Of a stretch of 64,000 nucleotides of DNA, positions 1 through 15,543 are shown piece after piece; the stretch's first letter is position 1; every line of letters begins with the position of its first letter. Below the pieces are notes generated by a model, which saw only the letters and a program-made list of their open reading frames with translations, did no database searches and was not told the DNA's origin. The position numbers were made by a program, and so were the translations under genes. Origin of the DNA: Eledone cirrhosa (lineage: Eukaryota). The stretch lies in NCBI GenBank assembly GCA_964016885.1, contig OZ024750.1:32984001-33048000 (forward strand). The letters are read 5' to 3'.

Positions 1-440
1 TTTTATTAGAAATATGGTAATGAAAGGTTTATTGCTATAGTTGATAATTAAACACTTGTCAAGTATTGACCCATTTCACAGAAACCTTACCGTTATTCAA
101 TTATGTGTTTTGTGTAATAAATAGGCCCCAAACAAGCATCGAATATAATGTTTAGAACAATCTTTAATTAATTCACCATGGATTTTTAATTGAGAAATAC
201 TTTCTTGGAACCCTCTCCTTGTGGCCTAAGTGATTCACCTGGAAGTGAGATCAATGTACGATAGACTACGACGTGTTGGTCATCATTTGTAACCTTATGC
301 AGTTATAGTTCTGTAACCTATACCACATCTGTCAAGAGATTTGAACCCAGCACACAGGAGCTAAATATATATTCAATGTTTATAGAAGTGAACAGTAGCT
401 ATCATATGGAATCTATTACTATACTGGTAAGTGTATAAGC

Positions 441-1005
441 CAGGGGTTCTAAAACATTTTGCCCTCCCCACCCCCACTCACGACCACATAATACCCTCAG
501 CCCCCCTCACGGCCACGTAATACCCTCAATGCCCCCAACGAGAGAGACCTGACTACACTTAAATAGTAAATAATATACAATAAATAAAATCGTTAATTTA
601 TATTAAATAATTGTTTCTACTTTGGCACAAGGCCAGCAATTACCCAGTGTATTACTGGTACTTTATTTTATCAACCCTGTAAGGATGAAAGGCAAAGTTA
701 ACCTCGGCGGGATTTGAACTCAGAATGGCAAGGGCCGTAACTATGCGTCAAAGCATGGCGTCCGACCCTCTACCGATACTGCTAATCCACCGCCATTTAT
801 ACTAAATTTATACTAAATAATATAATATATACTATGTATAAATAAATATATTTTTATTTTATTATATCTATATATAATATGTATCATTGGTATTTAATAT
901 ACTATTATATCATCTCTACGCCCCTGCCTCCTTAGGCCCCACCACCTTCTGGACCTTCTCAATGCCCCAGGAGGGGGGCGGTAGCACGCACGTTGAGAAC
1001 TCCTG
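441..1005. mobile_element. hAT (Charlie/Buster-like) MITE with a SINE nested inside
   Basis: TIRs CAGGGGTTCTAAA / GTTGAGAACTCCTG; 8-bp TSD gtataagc (433-440) / gtctaagc (1006-1013), 7/8 match with central TA. Confidence 0.8.
608..794 (-). mobile_element. tRNA-derived SINE, full length
   Basis: Reverse complement of the window consensus: A-box TGGCAGTATCGG, B-box GAGTTCAAATCC, core TTTGCCTTTCATCCTTACGGGGTCGATAAAATAAAGTACCAG (resembles the Deu/Nin-type SINE central domain), ATT tail. Confidence 0.9.
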
Positions 1006-1470
1006 GTCTAAGCTATAGATGCAGCATGTGATACGATTAATCACTGTCAATTATTCCAATAGTACCACCTACATCCTTTCTAAATATATCTGCTACATAT
1101 TGCCAAGTCAATAAGATGTTAAATGTCCAACCGAATGATGAATGATTTGTATACAGACTCAAACAATAACAATGTGTTGTATTTATGGCCATGCCACTTT
1201 AATATCTATGATCGATCCCACCAAGCTGGTAATCGATTCTATACGGTAGCTAGTGTTCACCTCTATAAACAGTAAATAACAATTTAGTTCCCGTGTTGAG
1301 CACAAATATTCCCACATATGGAATATGTAACAGAACAGGGTCTATGAAGTTGTATATGATGACTAACAGGTCATTATAGTCTCTCATGAATTTCATCTCG
1401 CACAGAAACGCACCTCTAGGGATTCTAAAAAGAAAAACAAAAGTCGTAATTACACAATCAAAACTAATGG

Positions 1471-1870
1471 CTTCTAATTTTGGCACTAGACCAGCAATTT
1501 TAAGTGAAGAGAAAAGTCGATTATATAGACATCCAGTATGTGACTGGTATATATTATTTGGCAGTATCGGTAGAGGGTCGGACGCCATGCTTTGACGCAT
1601 AGAGTTACTGCCCTTGCCATTCTGAGTTCAAATCTCGCCAAGGTTAACTTTGCCTTTTATCCTTGCGTGGTCGATAAAATAAAGTACCAGTAAAAAAAAA
1701 TTGTTGCTGGCCTAGTGCCAAAAGTAAAAACTATTATTTTATCAACCCCAGAAAGATTAAAGATAAAGTTGAACTTGGTGAGATTTGACCTCAGAGCGCA
1801 GAGTACCCGAGCGAATACTGTACAAAATGTATTCAATATTCTAAACAACTCTGCTGCCAACCCACCACCC
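1471..1870. mobile_element. SINE cluster: + copy (1557-1738) inside an older - copy (1471-1555 and 1735-1870)
   Basis: Consensus match on +, flanked by tail and head halves of a diverged minus-strand copy. Confidence 0.8.
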
Positions 1871-2721
1871 CAACAAAATCATAACTAATAAAGATTGGTC
1901 TACTAATTTTGGTTTATGCTATTTAGGACTCATGTATTCCAAACCGTCGAATAACGGTATATGTTATGTTAGCTACGCCAATCCTTGGCTTGTTTTCAAT
2001 TCACATTTCAATAAATTTCATTTTAAACATGTCTCTAATGTCCTTCATAGGGATACGATCAATTCAAATTATCACCAAATATAACTTGAAAGGCTCATGC
2101 CTATGTAAGGAATATATAATTCATACGTTTATAGCTAATACACCAACTACATCTTAATTTGGCGGTGAGATTTGACACCCACCTATATGTTTTTTCGTTT
2201 ATAAATAAACAATCTGTAGCAGTGATAATTCTCATCTTTCATGGAATACAATTCACTGTCAAGTTGTGAGTGATTAATTCCTCCGCATCCAACTGTCGTC
2301 TCTTAAATTTTCACGCACAAGTGATTCACACATAATCCCAAATAGGTGCTAAAGTCGTTCCAAGATTAATATCGGCACTAGCACATGATTAATCACAAGA
2401 TAAAGAACTACTTTGAATATACGTCATTGCCGAGTAGAGAAAGAAATTAGCACTCATTGCGATTTTGTCTTTTGGGATTTGAGGAGTAATATTATATACA
2501 ACATCACATAATTAACTGAAAACAGAAGCTTGTTAAATTTTGCTTTAAACTTGAAGGAAATAATTGTTGGATATTTTGAATATCATGTAAGGCTGCATTT
2601 AAAATGCTTTGCACCTTTTTAACACTTGATACATTTTTCCTATTCCTCCCCATACAAGTCTATAATATATATGTCTTCAACATATATGTCCTAAATTATA
2701 CTAGTCTATTATATAAAAGTC

Positions 2722-2945
2722 TACTTGGACCCCAACTGTCGAGCTTCTTCGCAAGATTGGAACGTCGGCGGCCCGTCTGAGGAAGGAGACCCCGCGAGGT
2801 GGAGTAGCTTTTGCAGCAGGTGTCGCTGGCCATTGTCCGCATGAATGCTTTTGCGGTCCTGTCCGTGGGACGCAGCCCCATTACCGTTGCGGCCTAGGCC
2901 CAGAGCCCAATCACCTACATCCTCCACCTCCCCATACTTCTGTGA
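2722..2945 (-). pseudogene. GC-rich fragment, possibly the C-terminus of an RLE-type (R2/NeSL-like) non-LTR retrotransposon
   Basis: Minus frame IGLWA*AATVMGLRPTDRTAKAFMRTMASDTCCKSY loosely resembles the post-RLE helix; abrupt GC shift; stop and frameshift present. Confidence 0.3.
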
Positions 2946-3169
2946 CACTAGAGCCCTTGATTTTCCCTTCCTTTTCCGTTTTTTTATCATATTTTCTTAT
3001 TTTATAGTCTATTCTTTCTTCTCAATCAATTTGTGTTCTTTTTCTATTAAACTGTATTTCCATGATATATTAATTCAATTGTAAATAAAGAAGAACACAT
3101 TCTTCATATTTTGTGAGATGAACGTAACTCTGGGTAATGAGAAGTAAGATTAATAAAACATGCAGAGTG

Positions 3170-5560
3170 TAGTCCTATGGTATACATGACGTCAACATAC
3201 ATGTCCTTTGGTATACATGACGTCAACATACATGTCCTTTGGTATACATGACGTCAACATACATGTCCTATAATATTCATAGTGTCAACATACATGTCCT
3301 ATGGTATACATGACGTCAACATACATGTCTTATAATATACATAGTGTCAACATACATGTCCTATGGTATACATGACGTCAACATACTTGTCCTATGGTAT
3401 ACATGACGTCAACATACATGTCCTATAATATACATAGTGTCAACATACATGTCCTATGGTATACATGACGTCAACATACATGTCTTATAATATACATAGT
3501 GTCAACATACATGTCCTATGGTATACATGACGTCAACATACTTGTCCTATGGTATACATGACGTCAACATACATGTCCTATAATATACATAGTGTCAACA
3601 TACATGTCCTATGGTATACATGGTGTCAACATACAGGTCCTATAATATACATAGTGTCAACATACATGTCCTATAATATACATAGTGTCAACATACATGT
3701 CCTATAATATACATAGTGTCAACATACATGTCCTATAATATACATAGTGTCAACATACATGTCCTATAATATACATACTGTCAACATACATGTCCTATAA
3801 TATACATAGTGTCAACATACATGTCCTATAATATACATACTGTCAACATACAGGTCCTATAATATACATAGTGTCAACATACATGTCCTATGGTATACAT
3901 GACGTCACCATACATGTATCAACATACATGGTATCAACATACATGGTATCAACATACATGGTATCAACATACAAGTCCTATAATATACATACTGTCAACA
4001 TACATGTCCTATAATATACATGACGTCAACATACATGTCCTATAATATACATAGTGTCAACATACATGTCATATTAAATACATGACGTCAACAGACATGT
4101 CCTATAATATACATGACGTCAACATACATGTCCTATTATATACATGACGTCAAAATACAGGTCCTATAATATACATAGTGTCAACATACATGTCCTATAA
4201 TATACATAGTGTCAACATACATGTGCTATGGTATACATGGTGTCAACATAAATGTCCTATAATATACATAGTGTCAACATACTTGTCCTATAATATACAT
4301 TCTGTCAACATACATGTCCTATAATATACATGGTGTCAACATAAATGTCATATAATATACATACTGTCAACATACATTCCTATAATATACATGGTGTCAA
4401 CATACATGTCCTATAATATATATACTGACAACATACATGTCCTATAATATACATGGTGTCAACATAAATGTCCTATAATATACATACTGTCAACATACAT
4501 GTCCTATAATATACATAGTGTCAACATACATGTCCTGTAATATACATACTGTCAACATACATGTGCTATAATATACATGGTGTCAAAATACATGTCCTAT
4601 AATATACATAGTGTCAACATACATGTCCTATTATATACATAGTATCAACATACATGTCCTATAATATACATAGTGTCAACATACATGTCATATAATATAC
4701 ATACTGTCAACAAACATGTCCTATAATATACATACTGTCAACAAACATGTCCTATAATATACATACTGTCAACATACATGTCCTATAATATACATAGTGT
4801 CAACATACATGTCCTATTAAATACATGACGTCAACATACATCTCCTATAATATACATGACGTCAACACACATGTCCTATTATATACATGACGTCAAAATA
4901 CATGTCCTATAATATACATACTGTCAACATACATGTCCTATAATATACATGCCGTCAACATACATGTCCTATAATATACATGGTGTCAACATAAATGTCC
5001 TATAATATACATAGTGTCAACATACATGTCCTATAATATACATACTGTCAACAAACATGTCCTATAATATACATACTGTCAACATACATGTCCTATAATA
5101 TACATGGTATCAGCATACATGTCCTATAATATACATAGTGTCAACATACATGTCCTATAATATACATAGTGTCAACATACATGTCCTATAATATACATAC
5201 TGTCAACATACATGTCTTATAATATACATAGTGTCAACATACATGTCCTATAATATACATGGTGTCAACATACATGTCATATAATATACATGGTGTCAAC
5301 ATACATGTCCTATAATATACATGGTATCAACATACATGTCCTATAATATACATACTGTCAACATACATGTCCTATAATATACATAGTGTCAACATACATG
5401 TCCTATAATATACATAGTGTCAACATACATGTCCTATAATATACATGGTGTCAACATACATGTCCTATTATATACATAGTGTCAACATACATGTCCTATA
5501 ATATACATAGTGTCAACATACATGTCCTATAATATACATGGTGTCAACATACATGTCTAT
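3170..5560. repeat. 31-bp satellite array, about 75 units
   Basis: Unit GTCAACATACATGTCCTATAATATACATAGT; period 31 (3661 vs 3692). Confidence 0.97.
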
Positions 5561-5600
5561 GATAAATAAAACATATTTAATCGTTTTTCATTCATTATTA

Positions 5601-5787
5601 GGATTAGCAGTATCGGTAGAGCGTCGGACGCCATGTTTTGACGCATAGAGTTACGGCCCTTGCCCTTCTGAGTTCAAATACCGCCGCGGTTAACTTTGCC
5701 TTTCGTCCTTACGCGGTCGATAAAATAAAGTACCAGTAATGTACTGGGTATTTGCTGGCCTTGTGCCAAATGTTGAAACAATTATTA
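5601..5787 (+). mobile_element. tRNA-derived SINE
   Basis: Full match to the window SINE consensus. Confidence 0.9.
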
Positions 5788-6293
5788 GGTCAACAAACCC
5801 CTCTGGCAACCTGCATGTTATGTTCTTGTCAAAGAATATTTTAGAGTGAATATAAAGTTGGTATCCTGTAGCCATCCCTCGGGTATTCGTTTCAGAAGAA
5901 ATCCTTTTGTCTGATAGATACAAACAAGTTATTCATATCTTTTAGATTTTCAGAGTATAAAGAGTCAGAAAAAGAAAAAAAAAAAAATACCGTAATTCAT
6001 TTTGTGCAACGGTCTAACAGTACTTCCGCCAACCTGTCGACGGTGTTTGATATTTCATCTTATCAACCTCGGAAGAAGGAACGACAAGAAATATACTGTG
6101 TAACACGATCTTTGTCCTTGGGTAGTAACTATTATTTCCTATTTGCTTATGCTTTTATGGCCATGATAATGATATTTCTAGATTTACCTAATCCCATTAG
6201 GAAAACTACCAAATGTGAACAATCTCGTTCAAACAAAGCTGGAATAAAATGACATGATGCAAAGAGTAGCATTTATTTATAATTATTAGTGTA

Positions 6294-6689
6294 GGCGGTG
6301 AATTGGCAGTATCGGTAGAGGGTTGGACGCCATGCTTTCTATCATAGTTACGTCCATTTACGGTCTGAGTTCAAATCCCGTCGAGGTTAACATTGCCTTT
6401 CATCCTTACAGGGTCGATAAAATAAAGTATCAGTAATGTACAGGTGAATTGCTGGCCTTGTGCCAAAAGTAGAAACAATTATTATAGGTGATAAGGGCGG
6501 TGGATTGGAAGTATCGTTAGACGGTCTGATGCCATGCTTTTCAGCAAAGCGTTACGGCCCTTTATGGTCTGATTTCAAATCCTGCCGAGGTTAACGTTGC
6601 CATTTCATCCTTCTGGGGTCTATAAAATAAAGCACCAATAATACACTGGGATAATTGCTGGCCTTGTGCCAAATGTAGAAACAATTATT
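6294..6689 (+). mobile_element. Two tandem SINE copies (6294-6484, 6496-6689)
   Basis: Two consecutive consensus matches, each ending acaattattataggt. Confidence 0.9.
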
Positions 6690-7235
6690 ATAGGTAATAT
6701 TTTAACTTAAAACCTAATAAGTGGTATGTTGTCAAAATCTTTAACCACTCTGCCAAATTCCTTCCTAAAAATAACTTATCTAATAATAAATCAATTATGT
6801 TAATATTCTTTTTTATATTTATTCTTTTATGGGCTCCCATCTCCTGATTGTAACCATAAAGAATCACCAACTTCAAAGGTTTTCATCGATCAATTTGACT
6901 TTATTATTTATTCGAGTCTGGTGCTTATTTTATCGATATATATCTAGCGAGCGTTTAAGTTACTGTTTTGATACAACCTTGGTTTTTGCGTCAGTTATTA
7001 TAAAACATATACATGCATATATACATACGTGAGAGATTTTCTATGTGTAAGCTGGTCATGCTGGAAATAGTAGCCTAATATCTTTTAATTCACAGCCTAA
7101 CGTCTTAAAAAAGAACACGTTACATAATGTGATCCTGGGTTCCTTCTATATAGGAAAATTATTTGTTGATCATGGCTGGAATAACTTAGGTTGTAGATCT
7201 ACAATATCATGGTTGGCCGGAGCTATGCAACAATA

Positions 7236-7292
<57 letters not shown>

Positions 7293-7554
7293 CTGGATTT
7301 CCACACATTTTCCTTCTGCTAAAGCAGGGATCGGCATGCAGTGTCTTGTCGGCGGGCCGTGATATCAAATAAGTAATGAGAACATATGTAAAAACTAATA
7401 TAGTGATATGATAAAATACTATGGCATTTTTAATAAACTGTGACAACACCCCGGTACCTGGTTGTGTATGTAGATCAGGGTTGCCATTTGTTCGATGAAA
7501 TAATTTACTTCTAATAATACTGAACACTTTTAACATAGAAAAATAAATAAACAT

Positions 7555-7741
7555 TGATTGGCAGTACCGGTAGAGGGTCGGACGCTATGCTTTGACGTAT
7601 AGAGTTACGGCCCTTGCCATTCTGAGTTCAATCCCGCCGAGTTTAACTTTGCCTTTCATCCTTACGGGGTCGATAAAATAAAGTACCAGTAATACACTTG
7701 GTATTTGCTGGCCTTGTGCCTAACGTAGAAAGAATTATTAT
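7555..7741 (+). mobile_element. tRNA-derived SINE
   Basis: Consensus match. Confidence 0.9.
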
Positions 7742-8610
7742 CGTGTACAGTCACTTACATATATTTTAGTACCAGACAGCTGACTCAAATGACTTGTTTT
7801 AAGTAAGTCTGGGTCATTCCACATCCCTGCCATACACATACTATGCATGTACGTATATACATAAATACATGCATACACAGTCCCCTTCACCTCGATGTCT
7901 GACTATTCTATCTGTCTGAGTTTTATTGTTTGTTACTGTCAGGCAAAACATTACGTTTAGCTAAGTGAGTCTTGTGGCTAGACGTGTTCTCTAGCCGGTA
8001 TTCTAATCCAAAATAATTCACTTAGCCTAAGATTGAAACCTGTTGGCAGGCCGGACAAAATTCTTCGTGGGATTTGCCGACCCCTTTACTAAAATTTACA
8101 TGCAAGTTATCAGTTATTCCGCAGCTACTGTACAAGTTTGTATTTGAACTCGGGATTGCGATTCAAGCTTCTAAAATCATACACCCACATCTGAATTTTA
8201 AATGAAGATTAAAAATCTCAGTTATGTCATTATTAATTCATTTCGAAACATTAAGATGAATCACAGTATTTAGTTAAGCCTGCATATTCCAATTATAATC
8301 TTTTAAATATAAAGCAGCATGCTAAATATCATCGTCTATTAGATGACTAAGTTGTCAATATAATTGGTTCATAACATCTGGATTAAATGTTGAAGATCTG
8401 CCACAATCAAGTTGTTAGATGTCTGAGAAATGTGCAGACGTGAGATGCATCAATAAGACTAATCGATATAAATTTATTGTAACTTTGTGATTGATTAATC
8501 TAAATTAAGATAACTACTTCATTGTTTTAACCTGAAGAATTGTAGACAGATTGATATCTGGATATAGTGACGTATCATCTACAGATCGCCTCAACGTAGG
8601 AAGATTTCAC

Positions 8611-8730
8611 CCACTATAACATCACTAAACTCACTGTTGCATCGTTAAACCCATTATAGCATTGGTAAATTCACTGTAACCTTGGTAAAATCACTGTACT
8701 ATTGATAAACTCACTGTAGAATCGGCAAAG
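8611..8730. repeat. Degenerate 20-bp minisatellite, 6 units
   Basis: (t/c)cact or ccatt recurs at 8611, 8631, 8651, 8671, 8691, 8711. Confidence 0.75.
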
Positions 8731-9541
8731 GGCAGTGTGGCTAAATATAGTTTTTCATATGTACATATATATATATATATGAAAAACTATATATATACTT
8801 ATATGTATAAAATAAATAGTGGTGTGCTCAAGCGCGGAGATGCTATACAACAGTTCTAATAAACGGTAAGGACCCTTAAAGACGGTAAAAGAAGTTGACA
8901 TCTGCCGCTATCTAACAGGCTGAACGACCACATGTTCATATCTTATTTTATCTTGCTTACTTGTTTTGCTTAATTTCCTTCAGATGTCGTTTGTCTATTC
9001 GATACAGGTATTTTTGTTTTGTAAAGTTTTACCGATTGTTTGATCTCTTTTTTCTCACCAATGTTTAATGTTGAGGTTGAGAAAGTATCTCTGGCAGAGA
9101 TAATCGTGTCTCCCATCTTCCATATAATATTTTTCAATTCCTTTGTATTATAAAATATGATTCTTAGATTTTGACGCGAAAGTGTCAGAGTTTATGTTTT
9201 GGCGTATAGATAGTTACTGTGTGTATTATGAGCGGTAGGCGCGGGCACTTATAAGTTGGTTGATAAATGTTTTGTTTTAGGTGTGTTATTTTGATATTTT
9301 ATTGATAGAGAAGTGTTTTGCTTTGTATGTGTAGCCCTCTAAACAACAACCTCAAACGCAATATAACAATACGCTATATTCCTAATTAATATGAATCACG
9401 CCTACGCCTGGATAACGTGAAAGAAATCTGGGTTTTTTGTGACATGTAGAAACTTTTACTAAATTTTAGAAAAACAATTATTGATATGTGCTGTTTCTGA
9501 AACACATTCATTCTCTAAAACTAATTTTGTTTAATGTAATA

Positions 9542-10136
9542 TCTAAACTATAGTAAAGGAAGGTCTGCGGGAATGCGTACGGTTTTTCTTTTTTTTTTAT
9601 CCCGTTTGTAAAATAATTTGGATTACTTTGAATAAATAATTGTTTCTACTTTTGGCACAAGGCCAGCAATTACCCAGTGCATTACTGGTACTTTATTTTA
9701 TCGACCCCGTAAGGATGAAGGGCAAAGTTAACCTCGGCGGAATTTGAACTCAGAATAAATAATGCATGAATATTACATAATTTATCTACTAAATGTCGTG
9801 GTTGTTCATTAAATATATTTTATTTATTTAAAGATTCACTTCTTTAAAATTTCTGAAATGTGGCGATCGCTTAAATAAACATACTAATTTTCCGTCACTA
9901 ATTTTCTCCTAATGCAGTTTATATATAATATTGTCTCTTTCAATGTATCATGGATTACGTTACTGATTACATAAAACAGTGTAACATAGTCTTCGTTCAA
10001 TTTCTATGTATTATATATTGTCAATTACGATTTTGTATGTATCATATCTACATGTATATATATATTTGCGTATAATATCAATATACATACTAGACATGCT
10101 AGCAGAAAACCACCCGAAGGGTGATTTTTCTGATAG
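9542..10136 (+). mobile_element. Non-autonomous Helitron containing a 5'-truncated SINE (9637-9754, -)
   Basis: 5' A|TCTAAACTATAG; 3' hairpin CAGAAAACCACCC-GA-AGGGTGATTTTTCTG then ATAG; homologous to 28535-29990. Confidence 0.75.
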
Positions 10137-10394
10137 ACTTATTAAAAGTAGGGTGGTGGGTACTATGCATAAAATATAGGTATGGATTCAGTGATATTTG
10201 GAAATTGTGTAAGTGTTCCGTAAGAAAATACGTTTGGGAATCACTGCTCTATGATGCAGGCATAACGCCATGAATGAGAGAATTAAACAAGCAAAGAACA
10301 AACAAAAGCAAATTTCTATACACATTAAACTTAAAATACATGCATTATACAGATGAAATAGCCAGGCTGTCCAATTCAACTACACCACATTATA

Positions 10395-10600
10395 AGGGTT
10401 TCTGATTTAGGCATAAGGACAGCCATTTGGTGGGAGGGGAAAGTTGATCAAATCACCCCAGTGCATTACTGGTACTCTATTTTATCGACCCTGTAAGGAT
10501 GAAAGCAAAGCTAACCTCGGTGCGGTTTGAAATCAGAACGTAAAAGGCCATAACATTATGCTGCAAAGCATGGTTTCTGACGCTCAACCGATATTGCCAA
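10395..10600 (-). mobile_element. SINE, diverged long-tail subfamily
   Basis: Core domain plus extra segment before the tail. Confidence 0.75.
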
Positions 10601-11465
10601 TAATAATATAATACTTTATAATAATTCCTAATTATGTATTCACATCTCCACAACAACCCAAATCCTTTATTAAGCACTTTTTGAAATTCAATTACTAAAA
10701 CCAACACCCAAGAGGCAGAAATATAAAAACACAAATTAACTACTTTTATTTAGACCAAGGCATTGAACATTTCCATTCTCCCACGCACTAGAAATATAAT
10801 AAAGTTACCTCTCCAAAATCGAACTCCTAAGACGTGACTATAAGAGACGTATAGAAATAAACATCTTACTCAACGAATTACTTCTCCTACTAAAACTTTC
10901 AATTATATCTTCCCACATCACCGAAACACAACTTAATGACAATACCAATATTACACTAGTTACCTAGAGACCTAGCTCCAAAACAAACAGATTAGACGTA
11001 GCAGCAGCATCAAAGAAAATTTGACACAACCAAACATTACATTAGACAACATAAGTATAATATATATAGATAAATATAGTATACACACAGAGATAAGTAT
11101 AATATACACTCAGAAGACAAACATAATTGTAATTATATTTACAACACATGTACATTAAATTCGCTACAGATTAAAAAGTAAAGCGATGAATTAACATATT
11201 TAGAACAGACACAGTTCCTATATATGGTTCTATACAAGCGAAGTAACAATAATATACCGAAATCAGCCATGAAAGATGCAACTTCATTTTAGAAAATAAT
11301 TAATCTTCTGTTCTCAAGAAATCAACACAAAATAGTACATTCCACAAAGTGATTGGTTGCAGACGAAAAAAAAAATGAAAAAAAAAACAGCCATAAATTG
11401 TTTAAAACTTTTTCAAAATGAAAATCAACTGATTAGGTGACGCCTGTATTTTTTTGACGTAACTA

Positions 11466-11585
<120 letters not shown>

Positions 11586-12066
11586 CACACACACAAACAG
11601 ACACATACAACTGACAGATTTCCTTCCACTAAATGTTAAATTACGTCAAAACACGAAAAGGATGTTAAAAGACATCTGAATATTCCTAAAAAGAAAAACA
11701 TTAAGAATTGTATTTTTCCTCTCCTTTCCAGAAAAAGCGGATAAGAATTGAAAAACACCGATTTGGATTTCTCACTGAGCTGTAATATGATTACAGTGTA
11801 TAAAACATTTCATCGCGAGACTCTGGTATGTTTATCATACATAGACATATGGTACAGGCTTTCATATACATCCCTATGAAATGTATATATAATATATAAT
11901 AGAAATAGGATTTAGCTTCAGGCATCGCTGTATACAGATATGTATAGAAATTTCGTATTTGCAGAAACACGGTATATTTGCAGGTAAACATTTAGGAAGC
12001 CGTAGCTATACAAAAAGCACCGGGGCTAACGCCCTCTGGTGGTGTCCAGTAGAAGCAAGGGGGTCA

Positions 12067-12110
12067 ATCGTCGATGCATTTCAGACTTAACTGGTCTTCA
12101 TCAGGACGAT
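12067..12110 (-). ncRNA. Minimal type-I hammerhead ribozyme
   Basis: ATCGTC-CTGATGA-AGAC(cagttaa)GTCT-GAAA-TGCA-TC|GACGAT: intact core, helix I 6 bp, helix II 4 bp, palindromic helix III. Confidence 0.85.
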
Positions 12111-12228
12111 CCCTCTCACGTTTGCGACCGCTGGACTTGAAAACAGTCGAAAATATGTAGTTTTCTCGTCTGTGTAAATGAGATGATTAATTTCATTTGC
12201 ATATGAAGCTGCATAAGTTGGCTCAATG

Positions 12229-13194
<966 letters not shown>

Positions 13195-13231
13195 ATTAAA
13201 TAAATGGAAACTATATTTATAAAACCATATT

Positions 13232-13297
13232 TATTTCATTATATATATTTCGGGGATATCATATTAACAATATGCTATGCCTTCCTCAGACAAAATA
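13232..13297 (-). ncRNA. Hammerhead ribozyme motif (family A) inside a 13189-13379 inverted repeat
   Basis: TATTTTGT-CTGAGGA-AGGCATAGCATATT(gtt)AATATGATATCCCC-GAAA-TATATATA|ATGAAATA; first helix II pair is a mismatch. Confidence 0.7.
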
Positions 13298-14431
13298 CAA
13301 TATAAACAGTTTTATATATAAATATATTCGACATACATTCGGGTTTTATAAATATAGTTTCCATTTATTTAATATTGTAAATATACTCCAAATATTTGTC
13401 GAGTGCTTTTATATCAGTTATAAATATTTACTAGTTGTAACCCAACAATTGTAAATATAACTTTCCATATATATATATATATATATATATATGAGTCGTT
13501 TTTGAATTTGTTTTGCAAGATTTCTTATCTGAAAACGTGTGTTGAAACAGATATTGTTATACTTTAGGAGGGTCATGCTGCCAATAAAAACACATGCACC
13601 TGTTGGTTTTCACTTCAATTTATTATAAATTTCCGGTTGATTGTTTGATTCGATAACCAGGTGGTTGTTTATATGTTGTTAAAGCTCTTTCGTCACAAAT
13701 TCTGTGACCTCCCCAGTGAGTGAGTTTTTATTTCGTGTCCCTCCATTGTTCTGTCGTCCACCATCTTGCTTTGTTACTATAAGGAACAAAATTGAACGTA
13801 GCAGCTGTTTTCCTGGACACACTCCAATGTCGGTGGAATTAATAAAATATATTCTGTAATACGTTTGTACACTATTTCTGGAGTTAATAGATTACAGCTT
13901 TCATTTCTCCCAAACGAGTGATGGCATTTATCACACGAATGATAGTAAGTATTTTTCAGAATGTTCATTATCACAAGAACTGAAATATAGATTGAATGTA
14001 GGGAAATGGCGGTAATAAAAGTTCAGGAAGAATATATATTTACTACCCTACGAATGTAATGTGCAATAAAATGTGCTGTTTAGTATTTAAAAGTACAAAA
14101 AATAATAGAAATAAAATTATATATCATCGAAAGAAATATCAATAAAAATGACAAAAGATTCAAAATCTAGCTTCCGGTAGATAACAATAAAACAGTAATG
14201 GTAAAGATGTCATCTATGAACATTGGCACTGTATATTTGACATAATAACCGCATTTTAAGCAATCGTTGTCTAATAACAGCATTTTAATCAATCTATGTC
14301 TTTCGCTACGCTTATAAACAATTAAATTTCACGAGGAAAGGAATGTCCCCCTCTACACACATATATTACACCTATTGTAAACAAATTGTATATTAACTAG
14401 TGTGTACAAGCCTAGTTTTCTGTTGATATTT

Positions 14432-14739
14432 ATCCCGCCGAGGTTGACTTTGCCTTTCATCCTTACGGGGTCGATAAAATAAAGTACCAGTAATGAACTG
14501 GGTAATTGCTGGCCTCGTGCCTAAAGTAGAAACAGATATTTAATGCCAACTACCGCATTGGCAGTATCGGTAGATGGTCGGAGGTTATGCTTTGACGCAT
14601 AGAGTTACGGCCCTTGCCTTTCTGAGTTCAAATCCCGCCATGGTTAACTTTGCCTTTCATCCTTACGGGGTCGATAAAATAAAGAACCAGTAATGCACTG
14701 GGTAATTCTGGCCTTGTGCCGAAAGTAGAAACAATTATT
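14432..14739 (+). mobile_element. Truncated SINE (14432-14535) plus full SINE (14557-14739)
   Basis: Consensus matches. Confidence 0.88.
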
Positions 14740-15543
14740 TATATAAGTTAAACAACCTGAATGGTCTCCCTTGCCGTGATTTAAAATAGTGGGAAAAGCT
14801 AGAGGATTAAAAGTAATCTAAACGTTGTTATTCACATTGAATGAAAACAAATGATGAAGTTATTTCAATATTTCGTCTCTTGAAAGCTATCAATTATGTT
14901 CCTTAATAGCCAATTAGCTATTTAAACTTCATTAGTTCAATGTTATACACAGTTACGCCATAAATCTATATATTTGACCGATTTCATACTCGTCTGGATA
15001 TTAGTAACACATTTTCTACACTAAACAGAAATAAATCCTGTAAATATTTCCAACCTTCTAAAAACAAACTTCTAATAGATTGAGTGAGGAAAATAGGAAT
15101 TTAGACATTAATATAGTTGATGTAATAAGCAAGCAACTACAAATTAATTAAGACTATAGCCATAATGATGTGCAAAATATTATTTTAATGACAGATTCTA
15201 CTCAAGAAATATCGGGTAGACAGCTCATGATTTGAAGTTAATTAAAATTAAGTCATTATATAAGGTAGTTGGTTGTGAATCTGAGACTTAGCAATATGAT
15301 CTGTGTTTAAATGAACAGGTTTATTTTGTCTCCATATGTTTACCTGCAGTGTTGATGTTTCTTATACTGTATGTATGAATGTTTTACGGTATCTGTTTCG
15401 GTTCCTGTTTCTGAGATCCAATCGCGCCGAGATCAACTTTGCCTTCATCCATTCACGGTAGATAAAAAAAGTACCAGCCTAGTACTGGGGTCGATTCTTC
15501 CTTTAATAACTCTTTCTAACTTCCATTATCTCACTCTCTCTAT

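Noticed and set aside
608-794. tRNA gene calls for SINE heads
   Set aside because: A and B boxes are present, but there is no cloverleaf and they are always fused to the SINE body
3170-5560. CRISPR-like appearance of 31-bp repeats (also the 54-bp array)
   Set aside because: Units abut with no unique spacers; eukaryotic context; no cas genes
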